Source: Phoronis australis (taxonomy: Eukaryota > Animalia > Phoronida). From it: a DNA stretch of 64,000 nt. The DNA lies in the NCBI GenBank assembly GCA_002633005.1, contig NMRA01000054.1, positions 438,952-502,951 of the forward strand, in the 5' to 3' direction. This document shows, one piece after another, positions 24,501 to 35,800 of the stretch. The notes under the pieces are model-generated. The model saw nothing but the letters and a program-made list of their open reading frames with translations, was not told the origin of the DNA and made no database searches. Position 1 is the first letter of the stretch, and each line of letters starts with the position of its first letter. Both the position numbers and the translations under genes were made by a program.

Positions 24501-26713
24501 GGCAAAAATCATTGATCACAAAACCAATTGCTTGGAAATTTAAATTAATGTAACTAGTGCTATCTAGTTCTGAATTTTGACGTTTTGACTTCAACATCGA
24601 TGTTTTCCGGTGCTTCTATCTGCAACATTCCAAGAAGTGACCATCCTTTTTATGACAATATAGAGGAGTAAAAATACAAATAAAATATAGTTTTGAAGAT
24701 CAACAGTTGATCTTACTCACCTCTGATATCACCTTGTTTCTAACTGCCTGTTATTTACTCAACAGTGTTATCTGCATGGTCTGAAAGGTTTAGCAATTAT
24801 TTTGGGCAAAGAGTGTGTGTTAGTAACAGGTGGCAAGATAATATAGCAACTAGAGATTGGGTTTTGGACACCTCCACAGTTTGTTGGAAAAGACAATAGG
24901 CTGAGGAGCAAGTGACCTTATCAACTTAATAAGAAAATAGGATTGAAATTTCATTTATATAGTTCAAAAGTCTTAGATTTAATATGTTAGAGTGACATTT
25001 GAACGGTTCATGAATGTGGGCCCCTCACTTGAACTCTTTTCTTAATTACAAACTTTAAACTAAATTTGAGATCGCTTTCAAATCCTAACTGTTATTGCAT
25101 TCGAAAATTGAAAGTCTTGTATCGTTTGTGTTTTATTTTATTCCACTGGAGTGGTCAAGTGAAAACTGATGCTTGGTGTTGACTACTTATGTAACTATGT
25201 CAGTTACTCCCATGACATGTGTTGGGCACCAGGTGTTGTCCATATGCTTGCATTTCTAACACACAGTCTGTTATTCTATCTCAAAACCTGTATTATTATT
25301 TCTGAATACCATCTGATTTCTCGTCATCCTCCTTGGTAGCTCTGACAAGCTCAGTTTTATGGTTGTGTGTAGGAGATGATGAAATACATGCTTGTAACTC
25401 AACAACTGAACATGAGGCTCTGATATCTTAGAGACTGGTTGTGAGGGAAACTGTCTGGGGCCAACAGGTGGTTGAAACCTATGAGGGTGCTCTGAGGAAA
25501 CATTTTATGTAACTGAGGATATGGGCACATTTATCATGATAAGCCAGTCATTAGGTTTACACCCACACTCAGGAAATTATGTCAAGCCACAAATTTAATG
25601 AGGCCAGAAGCTAGTGAAAGTCTTTGTGGAGAGTGTTTCTTTTCAGTGGTTGGTTCATCACCTGCTTTCTCCACAACCAAACTGATTCATCCTGGTTTGA
25701 TGTTGGTGATTTTTTACCTTAATGTATATTTGCCGTGTATGGTTCATTCAAGTTTTGTTACCAACAAAGGGGATAGCAAAGTTTAACAGAGTTAAACATG
25801 TCTGTGTTCCTCGGTATCTTCACTTGATGATATTATTTTGACAAACTTACTCCAAACCAAACAAAATGTCTGACTGAAAAGTTCTGTTATCTATTGTTTT
25901 ACCCAATGCAACACTGAACATATGGATGGAAAACAATCTTACTTATTTGGTAACTCACCATAAATTACTTAATGCAAAAAACAGCATGAGCAATGAATCA
26001 ACACTATCAACAGACTTGGTTTGGCCTAATTTTCAAGTCAATTCCAGCATATAGTTGTTTTTGTCTCTTCAATTTGATAGGCAAACATAAATCCATTTGA
26101 TTTGTTTACTTTAAAATGATTCTGGTAATGCATTTTTGACTATAGCTAACTCATCGGTGAATTAGTAACATTTAATTAGTAAAAATTCTTCTGTTTTGCA
26201 TAAAAATAATTGCTAAAATTGCTTTATTACCATTTTTCAGAGGCTTACCACATTGTTGCAAATGCTCAAAATTTTACAAATGTTGTTTGGTGATAGCTAT
26301 GTCATAGAAACCACACTAAAAACAAATTAAATTTTCCTGAACGGTTATTTTTGTTCAGAAATTTGTCATTTGACTGTCATATTGTGTCCCAAACTGAAGA
26401 ATTTTTACCTTAATATCCTGCTGATTTTGAATGCCTTTTCCAAGTCTTTAAAGAAGGTTGGCCCTCAATTTTCTATGCAGAGTACCATTTATTGATTCTT
26501 ATTGTAGCCATGATAGTGACTGTGTGTTTGTGCAGTCATATACCAGTGTAGTATCAGACACCTTCAAACTACTTGCTGATTTCTTTTCCAGGCACTCTCT
26601 CTACTACGGGACATTCTACCAATTTTGTATTCATGTGTGAGATTCCCACTGACAAGACTCAAGACTACTGGATCAAACGAGGGGTGGCCATGCTTTGTGC
26701 CCTTGACTACTAA
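12319..26713 (+). CDS. DNAH1: Dynein axonemal heavy chain 1, 3' part (12 exons, 725 aa; AAA6 region and C-terminal domain); 5' exons not seen in window
   Basis: join(12319-12518,12766-12910,13559-13849,14108-14281,15240-15419,16010-16186,16555-16725,17208-17338,17660-17804,18605-18811,19927-20161,26592-26713); all GT-AG, phase-consistent, 2178 nt. Motifs [55 protein letters not shown], and the C-terminus [25 protein letters not shown] typical of DNAH1. Confidence 0.93.
12766..12910 (+). CDS. DNAH1: DNAH1 exon (EDIPGSW...RFIEPQ)
   Basis: ggcag|GGAG ... CAG|gtttgt. Confidence 0.92.
13125..13165. repeat. (GTTTT)n microsatellite
   Basis: Directly visible. Confidence 0.9.
13559..13849 (+). CDS. 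DNAH1: DNAH1 exon (TADLSLVF...IDPDK)
   Basis: cacag|ACG ... AAG|gtgaga; AAA6 motifs. Confidence 0.95.
14108..14281 (+). CDS. DNAH1: DNAH1 exon ([11 protein letters not shown]...CGDK)
   Basis: tacag|GTT ... AAG|gttagt. Confidence 0.93.
15240..15419 (+). CDS. DNAH1: DNAH1 exon (VSVFKHLL...IPFK)
   Basis: tacag|GTG ... AAG|gtgtgt; [16 protein letters not shown]. Confidence 0.93.
15638..15823. repeat. 39-bp intronic minisatellite, about 4.7 copies
   Basis: Unit GCTTTGTGTGACATTTTGGCCAAACACCAGTCCCAGCTT at 15638, 15677, 15716, 15755 and partial at 15794. Confidence 0.95.
16010..16186 (+). CDS. DNAH1: DNAH1 exon ([17 protein letters not shown]...LDHN)
   Basis: ttcag|GTG ... AAT|gtgagt. Confidence 0.93.
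16555..16725 (+). CDS. DNAH1: DNAH1 exon ([10 protein letters not shown]...SREE)
   Basis: tgcag|GGC ... GAG|gtcagt; [12 protein letters not shown]. Confidence 0.93.
17208..17338 (+). CDS. DNAH1: DNAH1 exon ([10 protein letters not shown]...QEVIR), not in ORF track
   Basis: ttcag|GTA ... ATCAG|gtaagt; [17 protein letters not shown]. Confidence 0.92.
17660..17804 (+). CDS. DNAH1: DNAH1 exon (YNKLL...MWAGK)
   Basis: tgtag|GTAT ... AAG|gtgtgt; [10 protein letters not shown]. Confidence 0.93.
18605..18811 (+). CDS. DNAH1: DNAH1 exon ([11 protein letters not shown]...FGFQ)
   Basis: tgcag|GCA ... CAG|gtgagt. Confidence 0.94.
19927..20161 (+). CDS. DNAH1: DNAH1 exon (VIRASMTE...YKTLTRA)
   Basis: tgtag|GTG ... 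GCGG|gtaaga; [10 protein letters not shown]. Confidence 0.94.
21906..21998 (+). pseudogene. Tudor/Agenet/MBT-like domain N-terminal fragment inside the TIR element
   Basis: aagATGG context; [25 protein letters not shown] fits the FxVGxRVxAxDxxGxWxxAxI Royal-family pattern. Confidence 0.5.
23180..23241. repeat. 31-bp perfect tandem duplication
   Basis: CCGTGTATTCGGCATGCTTTATCTGAGTGAA x2. Confidence 0.9.
26592..26713 (+). CDS. DNAH1: DNAH1 terminal coding exon ([12 protein letters not shown]...CALDY*)
   Basis: ttccag|GC ACT...; TAA at 26711-26713; follows a 6.4-kb intron. Confidence 0.95.
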
Positions 26714-27984
26714 TGTCTGCATCCATTATCAGAAAATGTACTAATATTCAGCATGATATTAACAATAGCACTAGAATTTCTGTGATAGCTGTGATTTTTG
26801 TTGTTTATGAGATAATGTATGTTGGAAGAATCCAGTTCCGTCCATTTTTACTTTTCTGTCAGAATTCTGCATTCAGAAGTATTATGCAGTTTTATGCAGT
26901 TTAGCCAGATTCTGAAAATGCATGTGGAGATATAACTCTATAGTAAAAAATCATTTTGTTCAGATATGTCACCCTCTGTCAGTGGTCAACAGTCATCAGA
27001 CTTATGGCAGCAGGTGGTTTGTTCAACACAATCATCTCCTTTTGTAATTATAAAATGTTTTATTTCAGTACATTTTCAGACATTTGGATTTACACTTGTC
27101 ACCTTGATGAATAATATCCATCATCTAACTACAAAATGTATTAATGAAATGGTGTGCCTGTTGGCAAAAGCACCGTTTGCTTCAATTTTTGTTTTCACTG
27201 AAGTTTTGATACTGAGAAATTACTTTATAGTATATCTTTGCTGAGTGTCATATTAATTTGTTCTCCGTAGACGTCTGTGTTTAGTTACTTCCCAATTCAC
27301 CTGAGGTTTGTGCTTTCCAAGTTGGTCTGGAATAATTTGTTAATTCAATTTTCCGTGTCCGTATTGATTTTCACTGGAGTTGTGTGATGTAAGACCCTAT
27401 TCTACAACTGCAGCAGTTTGAAGCATTCGCCTTCCATCCAAACTATTAGTCTCATGATGTTTTTCTTTATTTATGTATTGGATCTATATTTTAGTATTAC
27501 ATCTGCTATGTAATTTATGTTTGTTATGAATAGATATATTTTGGTTTTGTACTTTGTATTTTATGCGCAGTTGGATGTTTCAAAATTTTACTTAACAAGA
27601 CATTGCTCATGTTCAGTATAAGTTTTGTGGTTATTTTCCACTGTGGGTTGAATAATTTATGGTGGGACAACATGTTGCGTTTCAGCTGTTAAAAATCAAT
27701 CATATTGTTATTTGAATCTGTGTAGATTCGTGTTGATGTTCATTTGCAAAACAGCTGGCTGTAAAATTTCAATCATTTATTGAGTTCAAAACCATTAGGA
27801 AAATGCTGACGAATGAAACATTTAAAAAATCTGTTTTTGCCTAGTTAACTTAATTGCCGTTGCTAATGCTATTAACGTTGGTCTTTTTAAGTTTTAAAAA
27901 TACACTTTTTATGGCAGAAACTTTGTAACATTCCATGGTTACTTTTTTTCAATGGTTTGTGTGACATTGTTCATATTTTTATGA

Positions 27985-27990
27985 AATAAA
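27985..27990 (+). terminator. Putative poly(A) signal of DNAH1
   Basis: AATAAA followed by a T-rich tract about 1.27 kb after the stop. Confidence 0.55.
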
Positions 27991-29339
27991 GTTTTATCTC
28001 AAATGTTCCGTCTTTTTCTTCCTTTGAATGACTGCAGTAGACCTACAGTTGATATTTCTCACTTTGTCTTGCTCTTAAACATTACTATTTCTGGTATATG
28101 CCACAGTGTATACAACTCCAGTGTCCCATAGATTAAACGTGTGTGCGCACCCATCCTCCAAAATGGGGAGCTCAAATTTCTGTGGATGTGGAAATTTTGC
28201 TGACAAAAAAATCGGGAGGACTAAAAAAAAACGGGGTACTACATTCACAACTGAGAACTGTGCCTGCACTCCTGTCTTGTTATCTCGGACTAATTGTTTT
28301 TCTGGGGTGGACCTTTTTGCCCACTTCGCCAAATGAGCCCCCCCCCCTGTGGGTGCGAACATCAATAAATACCATTTAATCTAGGAGGCCTGGCCCAGCG
28401 ACTTAGGCCTACTTATTTTAACAAAATTTGGCCTCAAACTTTGTGGTTACTCAACTCGGCAAAACAATTTAACTGGTGGCCACCATGAAATTGGGACACC
28501 CGCCTTCATTCTTTTAGAAAATAACCTGGATAGAAAAGGCAGGACCGGTATTCATTGGGAGATGATGAAAAGTTGTACTATTGTGCATTTTTCAGTGCCC
28601 AGCATTATGCTTTTGTAAAATTGTACTTTTATATTGGGCTGAATATTAGCTAATTGTTGAATTAAAGCACCCTTGTAAAATAGCGGTATAAGTAATGAAT
28701 ACAGAGGTTCGTCTTTTTACTTCATATTATTTTACCTGGCATTTTAACCGTCGGTAACGGAACGGCATTTTACCACCTATTTTAATTCCGCCATGTAAAA
28801 ATGGTTCTCTTTTGGAAATTTCAAGCTATAAAGACTCCTTTTTAGTACAACAAAAATCAACAAAAGGTACTACATTTAAAAAGATTCAGCAAGGTCTCGG
28901 ATATCATGCCAAAAACTGAGTAGAGGGTGAGGCCATCTCAAGAGTGTGTGGACTCCCGTGCCAAAGACTAGAGACTGAGCAAAGCTCTATGTCAAACGGT
29001 GACTGTTTCATGAAAGCTCCCCAAAAAGTCAAATTGTCCCCGATTGAGTAAGCTCTGGCTCGCCAATGCACCCCCATGAGAGCCAGACACACCCCTTGGT
29101 CCTGGCAACACTCGAGGAAATTCAATGGTCAGAGTAACAACATGATTTTTATGGGGAATGGATTCCTCTTTCCAAAGTCTAGGCGCCTTAGATTCGCAGG
29201 TAAGACGCCGATTACAGCCAGCTATGTGCAAACATAAATGCACCAAAGCCACACAGTGAGACTCCAGAGCACCGGTGCTCCAGAGCGAGCTTTTGTGGAG
29301 TCTACACTTGTCTGTTAGTCGAGAGCCTAATCACACTGC

Positions 29340-29782
29340 GCGGCCTCTGATATTATAATGAGATGAGGTCAGGGGTCGAAATGCTTCCACTCTATTGGTT
29401 GAAATCCTTGTTAAGCAGACGTGGCCTTCGGTCTGTGGGCAAAAAATAAAGCCAATCTCATCAGTTCCTCTTGCATCACGTCTAAAAACAAACTTCCACG
29501 TTTTCATTGCCAACATGTCACTTTGAAAGTTGCAACATTTGCAGAGACCATTTACGTAAAGATACAATAACGTGAAAGTAACTGGAAATAATACATTAAA
29601 ACGGAGTACTATATTTTTGTTGCGCGACTGATGCTCAACTTCCGTGTATGTGATTAGTCTTAAGGGTGATTCCCATTTCAAACGAACAGGAGGTGTTGTG
29701 AATTTCCCTGTAGTGTTCGATAATTTGAAGAAAATTTCTCACGCAACAGGTTGTTGAGAGTGACGAACTCAACAACCCAAGG
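29340..29782 (+). promoter_or_regulatory. CREB3L promoter/5' UTR region
   Basis: CpG-retaining region; CCAAT boxes (ATTGG about 29394, CCAAT about 29452); several ACGT cores including GACGTGGC at 29418-29425 and TTACGTAA about 29552. Confidence 0.55.
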
Positions 29783-29878
29783 ATGGATGTCTTGGCTTTC
29801 GAACAACGCTTTGGTGAACTTGGAGAAGCTGATTTTAACGCGATTTTGGATAATGACGTATTCAGCACACCCTCAATG
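29783..29878 (+). CDS. CREB3L1: CREB3L exon 1 ([32 protein letters not shown])
   Basis: aggATGG start, ATG|gtgagt donor; ELGEADF resembles vertebrate CREB3L1 DLNESDF; phase 0 matches exon 2. Confidence 0.82.
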
Positions 29879-32800
29879 GTGAGTACATTTTAGTGTTAGA
29901 AACAGCTGTTTTCCAACTCTTCGAAACCTGTCAGTATTTTACTTTGTTATTCAGTTATTTGAACCAAAGCTTAGTGTACGAACACGATTTGGTGAAATGG
30001 GCCACTTGCTATGTTTTTTTGGCTAAATTTGGAACGAATTCTCAGTTTCCAACTGAAGGTTTTCTGTTCAACTGAGGCCCTTTTCACTTTCACTCAGTTA
30101 CCGGCAAGAGCGACATGGAATATTTATCCTAAACGATATCACTAAAATGAAACATAGTCTGACCCGTAATAGACTTACAACCAGACGAAATTCATGGCCT
30201 CTGGCATACTGCGTAAAAAGACAGTCTACAGTTGCGCACCTATGTCTTCAACTCAAGATGGTGTGTGATTGTCTAAGTGCTGTTTAGGGTAATATTTTAT
30301 AGCAAATTCACATATTCTCAATCAGAACCTGAATCCAGGATTTTTGGCGATGCGAGACAATCATTCAAACCGATCAGCCAATAGGTAGTTATGGGCCACG
30401 CGATTTAGAGAGGCATTATTTAACAGTATATCACACCCTGTCCCAGAATGAAATATTCACGACACTCCTGTCCGTCATGCAGAGCTGTTGACATTACTCT
30501 CATCTGCTTTCTCGAGATTTGAGCATGTATGTCCGGGTTATCCATCTCACTTTAGTTAGGCCTCGCTGTAGAAAGAAACACATGTTCACTACCGGGACAT
30601 GAACTTGTGAGTTTTTGCATGTGAGCCAAGAATACCAAATCAGTTTGTCAATAGTTCATTGCATATTGGCAAGGGATTTGGAGGGTCTTAATTGTGCTGA
30701 ATGTCACACCCGGAACTGGTAATGCACAATTCTATGTTTGTAATTCATATTTGGTGGGTCTAACCTAAACCAGTGACTAGTTATTCTCTTTGATCATATC
30801 AGTTGGACATTAATTTGACTCTCATGAATCACATTTTATTAAACCATACGTGATAAATTCATTATTTTTTGTGTTGTGCTGTCATTTATTGTTACAAACT
30901 GTTTGATTTTACTTGTTGTTTGTCATAACCCCCCTACTATTTGGGTGTTACACATTTCTCATGGCCATGCCTCTGAGTGAACTTGGTCACACCCACCTCA
31001 TTCATCTTTTGTTGTCTTTTATTTACAGTGACCTATATTATTGTGGTTACCAAACATACTAAAGCTCTTTGAGTCAACAGATTTTTGTGGCTTGGGCAAT
31101 ACCTGTAAACTATTGCTACAGTCTATTTATGGACTTATCAGTCTCTGGGATTTGTCATTTTGACAATATTCTGGCTGTTAGTATTCACCCTTATGTAACA
31201 AACTCTTAACTGACAGCTGAGTGGATATCACTGTTATGCTCTCCTCTAATTAGGTCACACTATGAGATATGAAAGTGACAAGGAAAATAATAGTAATATA
31301 TAGTAGTCACCGCTCCATAGAATATCTTGTGTGATATGTCAGGCATTCGTATCATGTTTAATAATTGATTACCCTAAGCTGGCCCTAATCTAGAACTTCT
31401 TCCTGTCATAATGTCTACTAACTATTTTATAATTCACTCCAGTTAGAAATACATCACTTGTCTAGACTTTGCCTAGATGGGCATTGTTGGGAATATTTCT
31501 GTTTATAAATGTGAGTGTGCGAAATACCATTTGAAGTGTTGGCCGGCTTCTCAAGACAAGTGTGGTAACTTTAATATCCCAATGTCTGATACTTGTAACA
31601 AAATCCAAATGCAATCCTTGTGTTGGTTACTGGCAGTAACAAGTTATTCAAAACACTTCCTTCCTGTCTGTCTGCAGTTATTCAGTTGTACTTGGTCTTG
31701 GTGCCAGGGGGGTACTCCCACTGAAGGTGCATATGGACCACTAGGTTCCAATGAAATGGTGCTTTTCTTACTAAATTCCACATAAAAGGGTGCTCTCTCT
31801 AATTTGGTTATTTAAAAAGTACGTATATAAAAGGGATAACTGGGAATCGTGGAAAACAGAGTGTGGTGTTATCCGAACAAAGAAAATGAAGTTCTGTAAA
31901 TGGATTTTTTAGCCCACTAGCAAGGAGTGTGTATCGTAATTTTCTACTGTACACTGCACATTATCAAGCATGCATCATTACTCATTCAGTGGCATTGAAT
32001 TGTTGGTTCCACCATCATCTTTTTCGTTTCTAAAATGTAAGGTCAGCATTGCAATTCATGTCCACATTTTCAATAACAAGTTCAGATATATTGTTTTCAA
32101 TCTGTTCCGTTTAAAAACACTTAGAATCTATTCATGTCTCTACATGGCAAGATAAGTTCACTCTTTGTTAAGACCATACTCAGAATTATTTACTCACTAG
32201 CAAATTGCCTTCATAGCAGTGAAAGGTAACCAAAATAATGCGTAAACATATAATGAACCTGTATACTCTATTGATCCCTTCAGGGATCCGGGTTTCTTCA
32301 AATGCAATGCAACTTGGACAGCTGAATGCCACTACGCTACATGGAAATATTTCTGCATTAATAAAGTTCAACACCCAAAATTTATTGTTTCTTATATAGC
32401 ACGTTAATCTTGTCTCCATAGGTATGTCTGTTTCTTGAGTGGTTAAATTTGTATTTGCCTGCTGCACAAAGTTTTCTGATTTAATTTACAAATTCCTCTG
32501 TTTGTGAACATAGACATGACCATGTAATCCATGAATTGTCTAAACCTAAGAGATAAAAATCCCATCTTATCAGTTAATTTTTATGTTACTTAACAGAGAC
32601 CACACACTGACATGGTGTGTTTTAACTATGTTATACCCCAAATAGTTAAGCTACCCAGTTAGGTTATCTGTATTCTAAATTTGAATGTACCTGAAAATCC
32701 CGTGGTTGACATTGGCTACCCTAATGGTATCAATACCCTAGTTATTAGTTTTGATTTATTTTTATGGAACTGAATACACATAATTTTGTTTTTATGTTTT

Positions 32801-35800
32801 TAATTGGCCACCATTGTTGGAGCAGTGATTCTTTTATAAAATACTGGTAGGAAGGTTAAATAAATGTTGCTGCATGTGAACATCGTTTCCAAGGAGAGAA
32901 TGCTCCCCTTTGTTGTGATGGTTAGAGAGGACAGTGCCAAATCTTACGAAGAGTTGCCAGCTGTTTTGTACATTCTTATGCATGTGTATTCACATGAGCT
33001 TAAGCTTTACAAACCACCTTCCATCACATAAAACAACTTTTGATTTAGACCATGTGATCAAACATGTAAGTTTTGTTGCAGAATACACAAACTCTGAAAT
33101 ACTGGAAGAACCACACAAATGTCAACAGGATTAAATGAAACATTATTTGTACAGGTCTTAGCATCATTTACTTTTGTGAGAAATTGTAATGCTTCATCAC
33201 TTCTAAAGTTTAATTTTATGTTGTGACATTTTGACGCATTTGTTTTGGCAACATCTTTCTTAGTTTTGTCTTCTTTCTTTTAAGATTTAAACATCTGTGG
33301 GGCTAGCATGAGCTCATGCAATAATTTAGTGTTCATGACCTTTTTTAGTTTGATTTTAGTTTTTGTGATGTCTGTCTTATCACAGGTGTTATTTTTTACT
33401 TACAGAGACAGTCTTATTTCACTCATTGCTTTTCCCTTCATTTGATTACGACACATGGTTTGCTAGGCCTTCCGTTTGCCATTTCTAGACATGTATAATG
33501 TAATTATTTCGTTATTGACTAATTAGGAATCTTGTATGGATTCACCCTTAGAACTATAGTATTAAGTTGTGTATTGCTGTAGACTAAGGTGCCCACATTG
33601 TTGGCCATTTATTCGGATTCTGATTGTTTTATGAAAATCAATGTGTCAAGGATTTTCTGTAACAGTTATATATTACCCCAGGGATATTGTCTAGATTGTT
33701 GGGTATATACCGATGACCGTTCTGGTTCTCCAGAAAATAACAATGGATATCAATTTGTTGGTTAGAATCATAAGTTCAAACTTTCAAGAAACTTGAAAAG
33801 TTTACGCATTGAATTGGCTTAGATGAAAAGGGGGTGAAACTGATGGTACTTTAACTTGTGAAAGTGGTGGCAGTTTCAACTCTCACACTTGGGACAGTGT
33901 TGTAGTTACATTCCTGGCTACTGGGGCACACCTGTTTTTCATATTGCCTGCATTTGACTGCTCTGGGAACTACTGGAGTTCCCAACTGTAAATCTGTCTG
34001 GTGACCTCTTGCCTTGGATGCCAAGTGGTAGCAGTGAATTGCAGGCCAGATGATGTAATTTAATTGGGTTTATGTGGGGGACTTGTTTTAAGACAGTTCA
34101 ACTGTGTGTGATTTGCTAAAGGGCCTTTTCATACTTACATCCATAAGACAATGTTTTGGGAGTATTAACAGTCAACTTCCCTTGTGGATCAAAGTTAACA
34201 GCACCAGTTAACTTCACATTTAACAGGTGGATTTAACAGGGGGCTGCAGTTAACTTTGGTCCCATTGAAGTTATTGCCAGGTGCCACTGTTATTGTCAAC
34301 AATTAAAGGCCAGTGTGGTTGCTAATAGTTGCTTATATTTTGCTAAAAAATCACCAGTTGAATTAGAAATAAGTTTTACGTCAGTTAGCACATGTTAATG
34401 TTCCCATATTGTCTCATTAAAAAAAGTCTTAGTGTGCACACGATGCATCAGCCGCTACCTTGTGATTACTTTGATGACAACAGCGTCACTTTCCGTTTAC
34501 TTTGATGTCCGTTAACTACCGAAGTCTATGAACAGTTCAGTTAGCTCTGTTCAGACCAGAGTAATGTCAGTATGAAAGGGCCTATAGAGCCTAAAATCGG
34601 TGGTTTACTTAAGTGTTATGCTATGTTATGTTCGATTACCACAGTGACCCACCAGAATTTTTAATACACCAACAGCACTGACCAAAAATAAACCACAAGT
34701 GTGACCTGCAAAAAGACAAAACTTCTTGTGAGTGTAAAGATCTGTGAAATTAAATGGAATTTGTGATAAGATAGAACGTAAAGGTGCATTTCACTGACCT
34801 TTGGTTGTCAATGTTGAATTCTAAACTAAAGCGCTTTAGAGTTTAAAAACATTACCACACTTATCGGGTCATGAATTGTTGCCAAATTAGCTGACTACTC
34901 AGGTCTTGGGAAATGTGTACCTGTGCCATTTTTGAATACCGCAGTTTTAGGGTTGACCAACTCCAAAAAGTTTTAAAGCTTTCTCTTGAGTTGGTGATTT
35001 TTTTATGTCCTTGTTGGTAATGGAAATCAAGGCCTGTCATGGCAAGGAATAATATGAGACCCATTTTGTGAGCTAAAATGTTTTTGGCAGCTAAATCCTA
35101 AAGAAATACAGTTTTTAAAGTGATCATTTGTAATTCATTTTTTAAAATCCAAAAAGTAGATCATGTTCATGTCATATGAAAAACACAAGCAGGCATCTAA
35201 TAATTTTTATTTTTTAAATATTATTAACCTGTTTTTGTGAGGTTTGCTTGTCATGTGTGAGTGATGTCTCCTCTGGTCACACCTCACCTGACTTCTATGA
35301 CGTGCTGGTAACGCTGTGTATGTCAGAGCTCTATTTATATTAGATATCCTGCGTCATGTTATTGACAATAAATTGTTTGGTCAAGTACTTTTTTATGATT
35401 CGGGTAAAAGTTTACAGTTTGCAGGGTTGAATATTTAGAGTGTTTCAGTTGATCTTTATTGTTAGATGATTTTCAAATTTATTATTGCACTCAGTAGTTA
35501 CCTCGGTCACAAGGTGTCAATATCATAGTTTTTTTTAGCATAGTTGTTATACCACATATAATCCTTTGGTGGGCCAGTTGTGAAGTTCACCTGTTGACTC
35601 TTGCAGGCCTTCCTTTCTTGGTATTTGTAGTCCAGTCTTGTACTACTAAAAAGGTTCATTTGCTGTTATTTGTTCTTAAAATTCGTAGACCTAAGTTAGG
35701 TGAACAAGACTGTTAAAATTCAAACTAAATCAATTTCTTTATTTTTTTTACATCAAAATGAATCCTGATCAAGTCCGGGTACAGAAATACCCTGACCCTT

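Noticed and set aside
24097-24553. Overlapping 112-aa and 86-aa ORFs in the last DNAH1 intron
   Set aside because: No homology recognised; DNAH1 exons 20161 and 26592 join directly (TRA-GTLSTTG).
29631-29657. Short uORFs (MLNFRVCD*; ATG-TGA) upstream of the CREB3L ATG
   Set aside because: TSS unknown and start contexts weak; cannot show they are in the transcript.
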